Shown here piece after piece: positions 39,292-49,443 of a DNA stretch of 64,000 nt; position 1 is the stretch's first letter, and each line of letters starts with the position of its first letter. Both the position numbers and the translations under genes were made by a program. The notes below the pieces were generated by a model, which saw only the letters and a program-made list of their open reading frames with translations, was not told the DNA's origin and did not search any database. The stretch is from Alphaproteobacteria bacterium (GTDB taxonomy: Bacteria; Pseudomonadota; Alphaproteobacteria; MPNO01; VGEU01). The stretch spans positions 2,210 through 66,209 of the forward strand of contig VGEU01000006.1 of NCBI GenBank assembly GCA_016869145.1. Direction: 5' to 3'.

Positions 39292-40320
39292 ATGACCGAG
39301 CGTCCGCCCCCCATCACCGGCCCGCAGGTCTGGACGGGTGCCGAGTTCGACCGCATCGACTGGGCGTTCCGGCTCGACGATCGCGATCGCGACGAGATCG
39401 ATCGCGCGCTCGCCGCGGTCAAGCGTTCAGGCATCGCGCTCCGCGACATCCGGCGCGAGCATTTCGTGCTGCCGACGCTCGGCCCGCGCCTCAAGGCGCA
39501 ATCGGATGCGGTCGAGGTCGGGCGCGGGTTCGCGCTTCTCAAGGGCATCCCGATCGAGCGCTACGACGAGGACGACAACGGCATCGTCGCCTGGGGCCTC
39601 TGCGCGCATTTCGGCAGCGGTCTGCCGCAGAGCCGCCAAGGCGACTACATCAACCCGATCATCGACCTCACCGACATCACCTCGACCACGCACAAGAGGC
39701 TGCAGCACATCGTCGCGCGCGGCGAGCTCCGCGTCAGCCATCACGGCGGCCGGCGCTACTGGCACACGGACACCGCCGACATCGTCGCGCTTCTGTGCCT
39801 GCGCATCGCGAAGTCGGGCGGCACCAGCCGGCTCGCCTCCTCGATGATGGTCCACAACATTCTCGGCGCCGAGTTCCCCGACGAGCTCGCCGCGCTCTAT
39901 GACGGCTTCTACTACCACATCCTTCCCGACGACACCGGCGGCGCGGCGTCGCTGTCGCAGGCCAAGGTCCCGGTGTTCAAGGAATATAACGGCGCGCCCG
40001 GCTGCTATTTCATCCCCGAGCCCGTCGAGCGCGCGATCACGCGCGAGGGCATCCGCTATTCGCCCGCCGCCGAGGCCGCGCGCTTCCGCATCGAGGAGAT
40101 CGCCGATCGTCCCGGCATGGCGCTCCGCATGACGCTCGAGCCGGGCGATCTCCAGATCATCAACAACCGGGTCCTCCTTCACGCGCGCGAGGACTACGAG
40201 GACTGGCCGGAGATCGAGCGGCGCCGGCTTCTCCTCCGCCTCTGGCTCCGCGTGCCGGGGCGTACGACCGCGCCCGAGATGCGCGTCCACTCGCAGTTCG
40301 AGCCGACCGCGTCCTACTGA
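39292..40320 (+). CDS. TauD/TfdA-like Fe(II)/2-oxoglutarate dioxygenase
   Basis: Internal ATG (MTERPPPITG) in ORF 37969..40320. 342 aa. Confidence 0.65.
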   Translation: MTERPPPITGPQVWTGAEFDRIDWAFRLDDRDRDEIDRALAAVKRSGIALRDIRREHFVLPTLGPRLKAQSDAVEVGRGFALLKGIPIERYDEDDNGIVAWGLCAHFGSGLPQSRQGDYINPIIDLTDITSTTHKRLQHIVARGELRVSHHGGRRYWHTDTADIVALLCLRIAKSGGTSRLASSMMVHNILGAEFPDELAALYDGFYYHILPDDTGGAASLSQAKVPVFKEYNGAPGCYFIPEPVERAITREGIRYSPAAEAARFRIEEIADRPGMALRMTLEPGDLQIINNRVLLHAREDYEDWPEIERRRLLLRLWLRVPGRTTAPEMRVHSQFEPTASY

Positions 40321-41168
40321 GCGGGCTCGGCGACGATCCCGTTCCGGAGCGTCCCGATCCCGTCGATCTCGACCTCGAGCACATCGCCCGGCTGGAGCCA
40401 GATGGGCGGCTTCCGCATGAAGCCCGACCCCGACGGATTGCCGGTGACCAGGATGTCGCCCGGCTCGAGCCGGGTGAAGCTCGAGACATAGGCGATCAGC
40501 GCCGGGATCGGGAACACGAGATCGGCGGTCGTGGCGTTCTGCATCTCGACGCCGTTGACGCGGCTCCGGAGGCCGAGCCGGCCCGGATCGCCGATCTCCT
40601 CGGCGGTGACGATCCACGGCCCGCAGCTCCCTGAGGCGAAGAAGTTCTTGCCGGCGAGGTTCTGCGCCGCACGCGTCTGCCAGTCGCGGATCGATCCCTC
40701 GTTGAAGCAGGTATAGCCCGCGACATGGGCGAGCGCGGACCCCGCCGCGATGTGGCGGCCGGCCTTGCCGATGACGACCGCGAGCTCGCCTTCCCAGTCG
40801 AGCTTCTCCGAGGCGCGCGGACGCTCGATCGCCTGGCCGTGCCCGACCAGGCTGTTGGCGAAGCGGGCGAAGAGGTTGGGGAATTTCGGCATCTCCTGGC
40901 CCATCTCGGCGATATGGGCCGCGTAGTTCATGCCGATCGCGATGATCTTCTGCGCATCGGGGATCGGGATGTCGAAGGCGATGTCGGCGAGCGCGAGATC
41001 GGCGGGCTCGCTCGCCATGCGCGCGATCCTGTCGAGCGCGCCGCCGGCAAGCGCCGCGCGCAGCGTCGGAAAGCGGGCGCCGAGCCGGAGCCCGCAATCG
41101 ACCACGCGATCACCCAGGACGACACCGAAGCTGGATCGTCCGCGGTGCCGGAAACTCGCGAGCTTCAT
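40314..41168 (-). CDS. fumarylacetoacetate hydrolase (FAH) family protein
   Basis: 284 aa. FAH-fold family sequence. ATGA overlap with the upstream amidohydrolase. Confidence 0.75.
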   Translation of the reverse strand: MKLASFRHRGRSSFGVVLGDRVVDCGLRLGARFPTLRAALAGGALDRIARMASEPADLALADIAFDIPIPDAQKIIAIGMNYAAHIAEMGQEMPKFPNLFARFANSLVGHGQAIERPRASEKLDWEGELAVVIGKAGRHIAAGSALAHVAGYTCFNEGSIRDWQTRAAQNLAGKNFFASGSCGPWIVTAEEIGDPGRLGLRSRVNGVEMQNATTADLVFPIPALIAYVSSFTRLEPGDILVTGNPSGSGFMRKPPIWLQPGDVLEVEIDGIGTLRNGIVAEPAQ

Positions 41169-42841
41169 GGCCTCTCCTCCCGCTCATAGACGACGCGGCC
41201 GCCGACGATCGTCGCCTCGGCGACGATATCGCGGATCGCGTCTTCGGGGCAGGTCAGGGGATCAGCCGACAAGACCGCGAGATCGGCGAGCTTCCCCGCC
41301 TCGATCGTCCCCTTCACCGCCTCCTCGCCCGTGAGATAGGCGCCGTTCGCCGTCGCGAGCCGGAGCGCATCCGCGCGCCCCATGCGCTGCTCGGGCGCGA
41401 TCACCTCGCCCGTGACGAGGCTCTTCCGCGCGATCGTCTGCCACACCGGCCACCACATCGTGGTCGGCACGTTGTCGGTCGCGAGTGCCACCGTGACGCC
41501 GCGGTCGGCGAGGCCGCGGATCGGCACGATCTCGTTGGCGCGCGCCGCGCCGAGCTGGCGGAGGGTCATGTGCCCCGCCTTGTATACATAGTTGTTGGTG
41601 TGGGTGGTGATGATGAGGCCGAGGCGCGCGATGGTGTCGCACTGCGCCTCCGTCAGCGTGTTGATGTGGCCGATTACCCAGCGCCGCCCGGCGAGCGCGA
41701 CCTCCTTGTCGACCGCGGCATAGATGTCGAGAAGATCGGCCGAGAGCGACACGACGCGGAGGTCGTGGCGCGCGGCGGCGATAAGAAAGTCCTTCATCTT
41801 CGCGCGCGGGACTCCGGCGTCGTAGAAGAACCCGGACCAGCCGGTATAGGGCGCGGCGGCGACGCGGAGGCGCTGCTCGTCGATGATGTCGGCTTGAGTG
41901 TGGAGGACCGAGATGCGGAGCCAGTCGTCGCCGAGGCCGCCGCGGCCGAGCCAGGCGAGCCAGCTCGGCAGGAACCCCGCCGGGTCTGGCTCGCCCGACG
42001 CCATCCAGGCGCAGCTATAGGCGAGCGTCGCCCGCACCGTCGCCGCGCCGGCATTGCGCACCGCCTGGTACGCGGCGATCAGCTCCTGCGCCGCGCCGTG
42101 GCCCTCGAACACGCTCGTCGTCCCGGTCGCGTTGTAGATGCGCATTGATTCCGCGAGCGCCTTCACGCGGTGCTCGTGGCGGAAGCCCGGCATCATCGAG
42201 AACAACGCGAGCTCGATCACCGGAACATAGGTGTTCTCGATGAAAATGCCGGTGGGCTCGCCGTTCGCATCCTTCTCGATCGCGACCGTGTCGCACGGGT
42301 TGGCGGTCGCGCGGCCGACGCCCGCGAGCGCGAGCGCCTTCGAATTGGCAACCGACACGATCGGCAGGATGTGGCGCCAATAGCCCCAGATCGGGCGGAT
42401 ATAGACCGGGTTCTGCGGTGACACGCGGTCGAGCTCCCAGCGCGTCGGCATCCGCTTCTCGCGGAGATTGTTGGGGACGTCCCAGTAGAACGGCGGCTCG
42501 CCGATCGGCATCGTGACGAGCCATTCGCCGGGCGCCTTGTCCTTGAGGAGCGCCTCGACCCGCATCAGCACGTCATCGATCGAGGTGCAGCCCGAGAGCG
42601 AGGGATAGACCGACTTGAGGCCCTCGCGGTCCATGTGCGCATGCGCATCGACGAGACCGGGTACCACCGCCCGGCCGCCGAGTGCGATCGTCCGCGTCGC
42701 CGGCCCGGCGAGCGAGCGGAGATCATCGGCGCGGCCGACGGCGAGGATGCGATCGCCCCGGACGGCGAGCGAGTCCGCGATGCGCCCGGCGCCGTCGAGC
42801 GTGATGATCTTGCCGCCGGTGAGGAGAAGATCGGCCGTCAT
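41165..42841 (-). CDS. metal-dependent amidohydrolase (YtcJ-like, amidohydrolase 3 family)
   Basis: Internal ATG (MTADLLLTGGKIITLDG) in ORF 41165..42901. VDAHAHM metal-binding motif. Confidence 0.75.
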   Translation of the reverse strand: MTADLLLTGGKIITLDGAGRIADSLAVRGDRILAVGRADDLRSLAGPATRTIALGGRAVVPGLVDAHAHMDREGLKSVYPSLSGCTSIDDVLMRVEALLKDKAPGEWLVTMPIGEPPFYWDVPNNLREKRMPTRWELDRVSPQNPVYIRPIWGYWRHILPIVSVANSKALALAGVGRATANPCDTVAIEKDANGEPTGIFIENTYVPVIELALFSMMPGFRHEHRVKALAESMRIYNATGTTSVFEGHGAAQELIAAYQAVRNAGAATVRATLAYSCAWMASGEPDPAGFLPSWLAWLGRGGLGDDWLRISVLHTQADIIDEQRLRVAAAPYTGWSGFFYDAGVPRAKMKDFLIAAARHDLRVVSLSADLLDIYAAVDKEVALAGRRWVIGHINTLTEAQCDTIARLGLIITTHTNNYVYKAGHMTLRQLGAARANEIVPIRGLADRGVTVALATDNVPTTMWWPVWQTIARKSLVTGEVIAPEQRMGRADALRLATANGAYLTGEEAVKGTIEAGKLADLAVLSADPLTCPEDAIRDIVAEATIVGGRVVYEREERP

Positions 42842-43269
42842 CGCCGTCTCAGGCGACCGGGTCGACGGCGATGACGTGCACCATGTTGCCCGCTTTCCCA
42901 ATTCCCATCTGCGTGTGTCCCGGCGTCGCCCGGTCGCCGAGCGCCCGAATCCCGAGCAACGAGAGCCCGACTACCGAGAGATAACCCAGCACGCTCACCG
43001 TCACAATCGCCACATCGATCGGCGCGCCGTCGAGAGAGACCCGCGCGATCGTCTTGATGACCACGATCGTGGCCGTCGTGATGGCGAGAAGGACGAGGGT
43101 CCGCGTCTTGCGTCGGGCGTGCCGAACGGCTCGTCCATCTGGCGCGCCGCGGGCCCGTTGGCGAGAGCGCGCCGCGCCGCGCGCCTTGCCTCGGCCGGCG
43201 TCTTGAAACAGACTCCCGGGCCGGGTCCAGCGTGCCGGAAGACACCTCGTCGCAGGGAGACAGGGAACG

Positions 43270-44118
43270 ATGACCGAGCCGAAGTTCAAGCGGGGCGAGC
43301 GGGTGAAGGACAAGATCGTGCTGGTCACCGGCGCCGGCTCGATCGGGCCCGGCTGGGGCAACGGCAAGGCGGCCGCCGTCCTCTATGGCCGCGAGGGGGG
43401 CCGGGTCTTCTGCGTCGATCGCGCCCTCGCCGCGGCCGAGGAAACCATGGCCATCATCGAGCGCGAGGGCGGCATCGCCGCAGCGCACGCCGCCGACGTC
43501 ATGAAGTCAGCCGACGTCAAGGCGATGGTCGATGCCTGCATCGCCCGCTTCGGCCGCGTCGACATCCTGCACAACAATGTCGGCGGGTCCGGGCCGGGCA
43601 ACACGCTCGCCGATACCGAGGAAGACGACTGGGATGCCGTGATGGCCCGCAACGTCAAGTCCGCCTATATGTGCTGCCGTGCCGTGCTGCCGCACATGGA
43701 GAAGCAGGGCGGCGGCGCGATCGTCAACGTCTCCTCCATCGTCGGCATCCGCCACGCGGGCTTCCACACCATGGCCTACTCGGCCTCGAAGGGTGCGCTC
43801 AACCAGTTCACCCAGAACATCGCCGTCCAGCTCGCGCCGAAGAACATCCGCGCCAATTGCGTGGCGCCGGGGCTGATCGACACGCCGTTCATCCATCGCG
43901 AGATCAACGGCGTGCCGGGCTACAAGCGGCGCGGCTTTTCCTCGGTCGATGAGTACCGCCACTCGCGCGATCACGCGATCCCGGCCGGCCGATCGGGCAC
44001 CGGCTGGGACATCGCCTTCGCATCGCTCTTCCTCGCCTCCGACGAGGCGTCCTACGTCACAGGCCAGCTCCTGACCGTCGATGGCGGCCTCACGAGCTCG
44101 GTCGGCAAGATCGACTGA
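43270..44118 (+). CDS. SDR-family oxidoreductase
   Basis: 282 aa. VLVTGAGSIGPG motif. Confidence 0.75.
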   Translation: MTEPKFKRGERVKDKIVLVTGAGSIGPGWGNGKAAAVLYGREGGRVFCVDRALAAAEETMAIIEREGGIAAAHAADVMKSADVKAMVDACIARFGRVDILHNNVGGSGPGNTLADTEEDDWDAVMARNVKSAYMCCRAVLPHMEKQGGGAIVNVSSIVGIRHAGFHTMAYSASKGALNQFTQNIAVQLAPKNIRANCVAPGLIDTPFIHREINGVPGYKRRGFSSVDEYRHSRDHAIPAGRSGTGWDIAFASLFLASDEASYVTGQLLTVDGGLTSSVGKID

Positions 44119-45476
44119 TGGCCCTTCTCGCGATCCATAACGCGCTCCTCGTCCTCGCCGGGGGCGAACGCCACGGCGGTGTCGTCGTCGGCGACGACGG
44201 ACGGATCGAGGCGGTCCTCGACGGCGCGCGCACCGCCTCGGCGGCAACCGTCGTCGATGCGCACGGGCGGCTTCTGTTCCCGGGTTTCGTCGACGCCCAT
44301 GTCCACATGCGCGAGCCCGGCTACACCCAGAAGGAGGACTTCACCTCGGGCACGCTCGCCGCGGCCGCCGGCGGCGTGACGACCGTCCTCTGCATGCCGA
44401 ACACGCGCCCCTCCATCACGGACTTCCCCGGGCTCGAGAACGCACGGCGGGCGGCGGAGGCGCGCGCCGCGGTCGATTTCGGCTTCCAGGCCGGGATCAC
44501 GCGCGGCAACCTCACCGACCTCGCGGGGCTTTGGAGCGCAGGTGTCACCTCGTTCGAGGCGTTCATGGCCGATGTGCCGGACGACGACCGGCTCGACACG
44601 GCCGAGCACCTGCGCGCCGCGCTCGCCGAGGTCGCGCGCTGCGATGCGATCGTCGGCGTCTATTGCGGCGCGCAGTCGGTCATCGCCGCCGAGCGCACGC
44701 GCCTCCAGCGAATCGGGCGGAACGATGTCCACGCCTTCGCCGAGGCACGGCCGGCCCTCAACGAGGTCGCCGGGCTCGCCCTCCTGCTCGAGATCGCCGC
44801 CGCGACCGGCGCGCGGATCGTCGTCCGCCAGGTGTCGAGCGGCCGCGGCGCCGCGCTCATCCGGCGCGCCAAGGCCGATGCGCTCTGCCGCCTGATCGCG
44901 GCCGAGGTGACGCCGCATCACCTCCTCCTCGATCGGAGCGCACTCGACCGGCACGGCACCGCGGCGCAGATGCTGCCGCCGCTCCGCACGCCGGCCGACA
45001 ATGCCGCCCTCCTCGCCGGCCTCGGCGACGGGACGCTCGATTTCGTCGCGAGCGACCACGCACCACATGCGCCGGCCGAGAAGGACCGTGCCGATGCGTG
45101 GTCGGCGGCGAGCGGCACGCCCGGCCTCGACACCCTAGTCCCCGCCGTCCTCCATTGCGCCCGCACCGCGCGGCTCACCTGGCCTCTTGTGGCCGAGATC
45201 CTCGCGCACCGACCGGCGGCGCTGTTCGGCCTCGACAAGCGCAAGGGACGCATCGCGGTCGGGCTCGACGGCGACCTCGTGCTGGTCGATCCCGATGCGA
45301 CACGAACGGTCGAGCGGGCGATGATCCGCTCGCGCGCCGGCCGCTCGGCCTTCGAGGGGACGACGCTGGTCGGCTGGCCCGTCCTCACCGTGCTCCGCGG
45401 CCACGTCGTCGCGGAGAGCGGCCGGCCGGTCCTCGGCCATCTGCGCGGGCGGCTCGTCATCCGCAACGCCGCCTGA
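44118..45476 (+). CDS. type I dihydroorotase-like cyclic amidohydrolase (DHOase/hydantoinase/allantoinase family)
   Basis: 452 aa. DAHVHMREPG...GGVTTVLCMPNT motifs. TGATG coupling with the upstream SDR. Confidence 0.75.
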   Translation: MALLAIHNALLVLAGGERHGGVVVGDDGRIEAVLDGARTASAATVVDAHGRLLFPGFVDAHVHMREPGYTQKEDFTSGTLAAAAGGVTTVLCMPNTRPSITDFPGLENARRAAEARAAVDFGFQAGITRGNLTDLAGLWSAGVTSFEAFMADVPDDDRLDTAEHLRAALAEVARCDAIVGVYCGAQSVIAAERTRLQRIGRNDVHAFAEARPALNEVAGLALLLEIAAATGARIVVRQVSSGRGAALIRRAKADALCRLIAAEVTPHHLLLDRSALDRHGTAAQMLPPLRTPADNAALLAGLGDGTLDFVASDHAPHAPAEKDRADAWSAASGTPGLDTLVPAVLHCARTARLTWPLVAEILAHRPAALFGLDKRKGRIAVGLDGDLVLVDPDATRTVERAMIRSRAGRSAFEGTTLVGWPVLTVLRGHVVAESGRPVLGHLRGRLVIRNAA

Positions 45477-45490
45477 ACAGCGAGGGCGCC

Positions 45491-46261
45491 ATGGCGCAGC
45501 AACCCGGCAAGATGACCTATATCCCGCCCGCACACGGCGCGGCGAGCGTGCTCGGCGAGAACGGCCGGATCGGGGTGATCGTGCCGGCCAACAACTCGGT
45601 GCTGGAGCCCGAGCTGTGGGCGCGGCTGCCGCCGGGCGTCGCGCTCTACGCGACCCGCATCCTCGCCCGCGGCAACCTCACGCGCGAGGCGGTGGTCGCG
45701 ATGGAGAAGTCCGTCGACCGCGCGGTCGACGAGCTGGTCGCGACGATGGTCGATGTCATCGCCTATGCCGACATGGTGACGACCTTCGTCATGGAGGACG
45801 GCTGGAACGAGAAGAAGACCGAGGCGATCGCGCGCCACGCCGGCGTGCCGTGCGTGTCGGCCTGGACGGCGCTCCGCGACGCGCTCGCCGCGCTCGAGGT
45901 CAAGAGGTTCGCGCTCCTCACGCCCTATCCGAGGCCGATCCACGCGCTGTGCCGCCCGTTCTTCGAGCACAAGGGCTTCACGCTGAGCGGCGAGGCGACC
46001 CTCGACATCCTCGCCATGACCGACGTGCCCAAAGTATCGGTCGAACGGGTGCGCGAGGCGGTCGAGGCGATCGACCGCCGCGAGGCGCAGGCGATCGTCG
46101 CGCTGGCGACCGATCTCCCGACATTCGCCGCGATCGCGATGCTGGAACGCCGCTTCGCGATCCCCGTCCTCACGTCGAACCAGACGCTTCTGTGGCGGGC
46201 GCTCCGCGCCGTCGGCTACAAGGGCGGCGTCGTTGGGCTCGGCGGCCTCTTCTCCGTGTAA
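45491..46261 (+). CDS. Asp/Glu/hydantoin racemase-family protein (maleate isomerase / arylmalonate decarboxylase / hydantoin racemase-like)
   Basis: Internal ATG (MAQQPGKMTYIPP) in ORF 44531..46261. 256 aa. Confidence 0.6.
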   Translation: MAQQPGKMTYIPPAHGAASVLGENGRIGVIVPANNSVLEPELWARLPPGVALYATRILARGNLTREAVVAMEKSVDRAVDELVATMVDVIAYADMVTTFVMEDGWNEKKTEAIARHAGVPCVSAWTALRDALAALEVKRFALLTPYPRPIHALCRPFFEHKGFTLSGEATLDILAMTDVPKVSVERVREAVEAIDRREAQAIVALATDLPTFAAIAMLERRFAIPVLTSNQTLLWRALRAVGYKGGVVGLGGLFSV

Positions 46262-46272
46262 GGACCACGCCC

Positions 46273-47424
46273 ATGGACCCGCGCCCCGCCGCCCTCCGGG
46301 CCCTGTCGATGCCGCGCTCCGCCATCCGCGAGATCATGGTGCTCGCGGCTAGCCGGCCCGACGTCGTCCATCTCGAGGTCGGCGAGCCCGATTTCGGCAC
46401 GCCCGACCATATCGTCGCGCGCGCGGTCGCAGCGCTCCGCGAGGGCTGGACGCGCTATACGCCGAACCCCGGCATCCTCCCCTTGCGCGAGCGCATCGCG
46501 GCGCGGTTCGCCGCAAGGCTCGGACGCGCGATCGCCGTCGATCGGGTGGTGGCGACGACGGGCGCCGTCGGCGCGCTCTACACCGCGGTCAATCTCGTCG
46601 CCGATGTCGGCGATGAGGTGCTGATCCCCGATCCGGGCTGGCCCAACTATCACAGCATGGTGCATCTCGCCGGCGCGGTGCCGGTGCACTATGCGCAGCC
46701 CGCCGCGATCGGCTACCTCCCCGACCCCGACCGGATCGCCCATCAGATCACGCCCCGCACCAAGGCGATCCTCTACAACACGCCGGGCAATCCGACCGGC
46801 GTCGTCTTTCCGCGCGAGATCGTCGCCGCGCTCGCCGGCCTCGCCGAGAAGCACGGGCTCTATCTCATCGCCGACGAGGTCTACGAGGACATCGTGTTCG
46901 AGGGCGCGCATGTCTCGGCGGCCTCGTTCGGGCTCGACGATCGGGTGTTCGTCGTCTCCGGCGCCTCGAAGAGCTATGCGATGACGGGCTGGCGGGTCGG
47001 CTTTCTTCTCTGCCCGCCCGCCCTCGGCCCCCTCGCCGCGATCCTGCAGGAGCCGGTCACCTCGCACACGGCCGCGGTGTCGCAGGTCGCCGCCGAAGCC
47101 GCGCTCGCCGGACCGCAGGACTGCGTCGCCGCCGCGCGCGAGACCTTCCGCCGCCGGCGCGACATCGTGCTCGACATTCTCGGCAATACCGGGCTTCTCG
47201 CCGCCCCGCCGTCGGGCGCCTTCTATTCGCTGGTCGGCATCGGCGATCGCCCGGCCGATTCGATGGCGTTCGCCAAGGCGCTCCTGATCGAGAAGGGCGT
47301 CGCGACCGTGCCCGGCTCGACCTTCGGCCCGTCGGCGGCGCGGACGGTCAGGATCGCGTTCACGACCGATGACCGCTCGCTGCGGACCGGGCTCGAACGG
47401 CTCCGCGATCAGGTCCTCGGCTAG
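46273..47424 (+). CDS. pyridoxal-phosphate-dependent aminotransferase (class I/II)
   Basis: Internal ATG (MDPRPAALRAL) in ORF 45616..47424. SGASKSYAMTGWRVG PLP-lysine motif. Confidence 0.75.
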   Translation: MDPRPAALRALSMPRSAIREIMVLAASRPDVVHLEVGEPDFGTPDHIVARAVAALREGWTRYTPNPGILPLRERIAARFAARLGRAIAVDRVVATTGAVGALYTAVNLVADVGDEVLIPDPGWPNYHSMVHLAGAVPVHYAQPAAIGYLPDPDRIAHQITPRTKAILYNTPGNPTGVVFPREIVAALAGLAEKHGLYLIADEVYEDIVFEGAHVSAASFGLDDRVFVVSGASKSYAMTGWRVGFLLCPPALGPLAAILQEPVTSHTAAVSQVAAEAALAGPQDCVAAARETFRRRRDIVLDILGNTGLLAAPPSGAFYSLVGIGDRPADSMAFAKALLIEKGVATVPGSTFGPSAARTVRIAFTTDDRSLRTGLERLRDQVLG

Positions 47425-48620
47425 GGGAGAATGCGCGCGACCGCGTCAGCGAGGACGCGGCAGCCGAGCACGATGTCGTCGTCCGCGGTGTTCTCGGCGA
47501 TATCGTGGCTGCGCCCGCCGATCGAGGGAATGAACAGCATCGCGGCCGGCATGTGACGCGCGAGCACGATCGCATCGTGACCGGCGCCGGAGGGCATTAC
47601 GAGAGGCTCGGCGCCGTGTGCGCCCGCGGCCGCCGCGAGATGCGCCCGGAGACCGGCATCCATCGCCGTCGGCGCGATCGCGGCCGTCCGCGTCGCCGCG
47701 ACCGTGACCGGCCAGCCGCCCATCTCGGCGACGAGCGTGTGGACGGCGCCCTCCATCGCATTGAGCACGGCGGGCTCGGTGTCGCGGCACTCGACGAGGA
47801 GCTCGGCGGATGCCGGCACGACATTCGCCGCGCCGGGTGCGAACGTCGCCGCGCCGAGATTCCACACCGTATCGCTCCGCGCGATCGCCCGGAAGGCACG
47901 GAGCAGCGCATGACCGAAACCGATCAGCGCCGCGCCGGCGTCCTTCCGCATCGCCATCGGGGTCGTCCCGGCGTGGTCGGCCTGGCCGGCGAAGCTGATC
48001 TTGTAGCGGCGGATGCCGACGATGCCGGTGACGACACCGATACGCCGGCCCTCGGCCTCGAGCCGCGGCCCCTGCTCGATATGCGCCTCGAGATAAGCGC
48101 GGTAACGGCCCGGCTCGTTGCGTGCCGGCCGCGCGCCCGCGAGCCCGCTCGCCGCGATCGCCTCGCCGAGGACGCGTCCGTCGGGTGAGCGCGCACCGGC
48201 CGCGCTCGCCGGATCGATCTCGCCGCAGAAGGCGAGGCTGCCGAGGAGGGGATGGAAGGCCCCCTCCTCCTCCTGGAACGAGATCACATCGACCGCCTTG
48301 CCCGCCGCGGTCGCCGCCCGCGCGATCGCGAGCCCGTACATCACACCGAGCGCACCGTCGAGCCAGCCGCCTTTGGGCACCGAATCCGTGTGCGAGCCGA
48401 CAAGGACGGACGGCCCACCGGCGCGCGAGCGCCCGAACACGTTGCCGACATTGTCGATCCAGCTGTCATGCCCGATCGCCGCGAGCTCGCCCGCGACCCA
48501 GCGTCGCGCCGCGAGATCGTCGGCGCTGAACGCCGGGCGGTTCACGCCGGAGCCCACCTTGCCGAACGTCGCGAGGCGGCGGAGATCGGCGAGAAGGCGC
48601 TCTCCGTCGATCGCGAGCAT
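47421..48620 (-). CDS. M20-family Zn-dependent amidohydrolase (allantoate amidohydrolase / N-carbamoyl-L-amino-acid hydrolase type), copy 1
   Basis: Internal ATG (MLAIDGERLLADL) in ORF 47421..48770. 399 aa. Confidence 0.75.
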   Translation of the reverse strand: MLAIDGERLLADLRRLATFGKVGSGVNRPAFSADDLAARRWVAGELAAIGHDSWIDNVGNVFGRSRAGGPSVLVGSHTDSVPKGGWLDGALGVMYGLAIARAATAAGKAVDVISFQEEEGAFHPLLGSLAFCGEIDPASAAGARSPDGRVLGEAIAASGLAGARPARNEPGRYRAYLEAHIEQGPRLEAEGRRIGVVTGIVGIRRYKISFAGQADHAGTTPMAMRKDAGAALIGFGHALLRAFRAIARSDTVWNLGAATFAPGAANVVPASAELLVECRDTEPAVLNAMEGAVHTLVAEMGGWPVTVAATRTAAIAPTAMDAGLRAHLAAAAGAHGAEPLVMPSGAGHDAIVLARHMPAAMLFIPSIGGRSHDIAENTADDDIVLGCRVLADAVARILP

Positions 48621-48637
48621 ACGGCGGCGTTCCGCGC

Positions 48638-49336
48638 TCAGCCGGGATACTCGGCGATGCCGCCGTGCTCGCGCGACCACACGATCGGATCGGCGAGAAA
48701 CTTCTTCACCTCGTCGATGGTCGCCTGGTCGAAATAGCTCCCGGCCTCGGCCGCCTCGACGACGTCCCACCAGGTCGCGAGATAGTGGAGCGTGATGCCG
48801 ATGTCCTGCATGATCTTCGCGGTGTGCGGGAATATGCCGTAGTGGAACAGCACGAAGGCATGCTCGACGGAAGCGCCGGCGTTGCGGAGCGCCTTGCAGA
48901 AATTGACCTTGCTGCGGCCGTCGGTGGTCAGGTCCTCGACCAGGATGCCGCGCCAGTTCTCCTTGAGCGCCCCTTCGATCTGCGCGAGGCGGCCGAACCC
49001 CTTGGGTTGCTTGCGCACATAGAGCATCGGGAGCTGCATGCGGTCGGCGATCCAGGCGGCGAACGGGATGCCGGCCGTCTCGCCGCCCGCGACCGCGTCG
49101 AGCTGCTCGAAGCCGACCTCGCGCAGGATGGTCGTCGTCGAGAAATCGATCAGCGCCTGGCGCGCGCGCGGATAGGAGATCAGCTTGCGGCAGTCGATGT
49201 AGACCGGGCTCGCCCAGCCCGAGGTGAAGATGAACGGCCGCTCGGCGTTGAAATAGGCGGCCTTCACTTCCAACAGGATTCTCGAGGCGACGTTGGCTAT
49301 TTGCTTCTTATCGAGCAGTTCGGCGCCTAAGTTCAT
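48638..49336 (-). CDS. pyrE: orotate phosphoribosyltransferase
   Basis: Internal ATG ([11 protein letters not shown]) in ORF 48638..49408. PRTase motif [10 protein letters not shown]. Confidence 0.7.
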   Translation of the reverse strand: MNLGAELLDKKQIANVASRILLEVKAAYFNAERPFIFTSGWASPVYIDCRKLISYPRARQALIDFSTTTILREVGFEQLDAVAGGETAGIPFAAWIADRMQLPMLYVRKQPKGFGRLAQIEGALKENWRGILVEDLTTDGRSKVNFCKALRNAGASVEHAFVLFHYGIFPHTAKIMQDIGITLHYLATWWDVVEAAEAGSYFDQATIDEVKKFLADPIVWSREHGGIAEYPG

Positions 49337-49443
49337 CGAGATTTCCCGAGCGGTGCCGCCGGTGGCGCGTTTCCGCGCGGGCGGGGTCGGGGGATTGATT
49401 ACCGCCATTCGGAAAGGGCGGCAAACGGATTCTTCCGGCCGGT

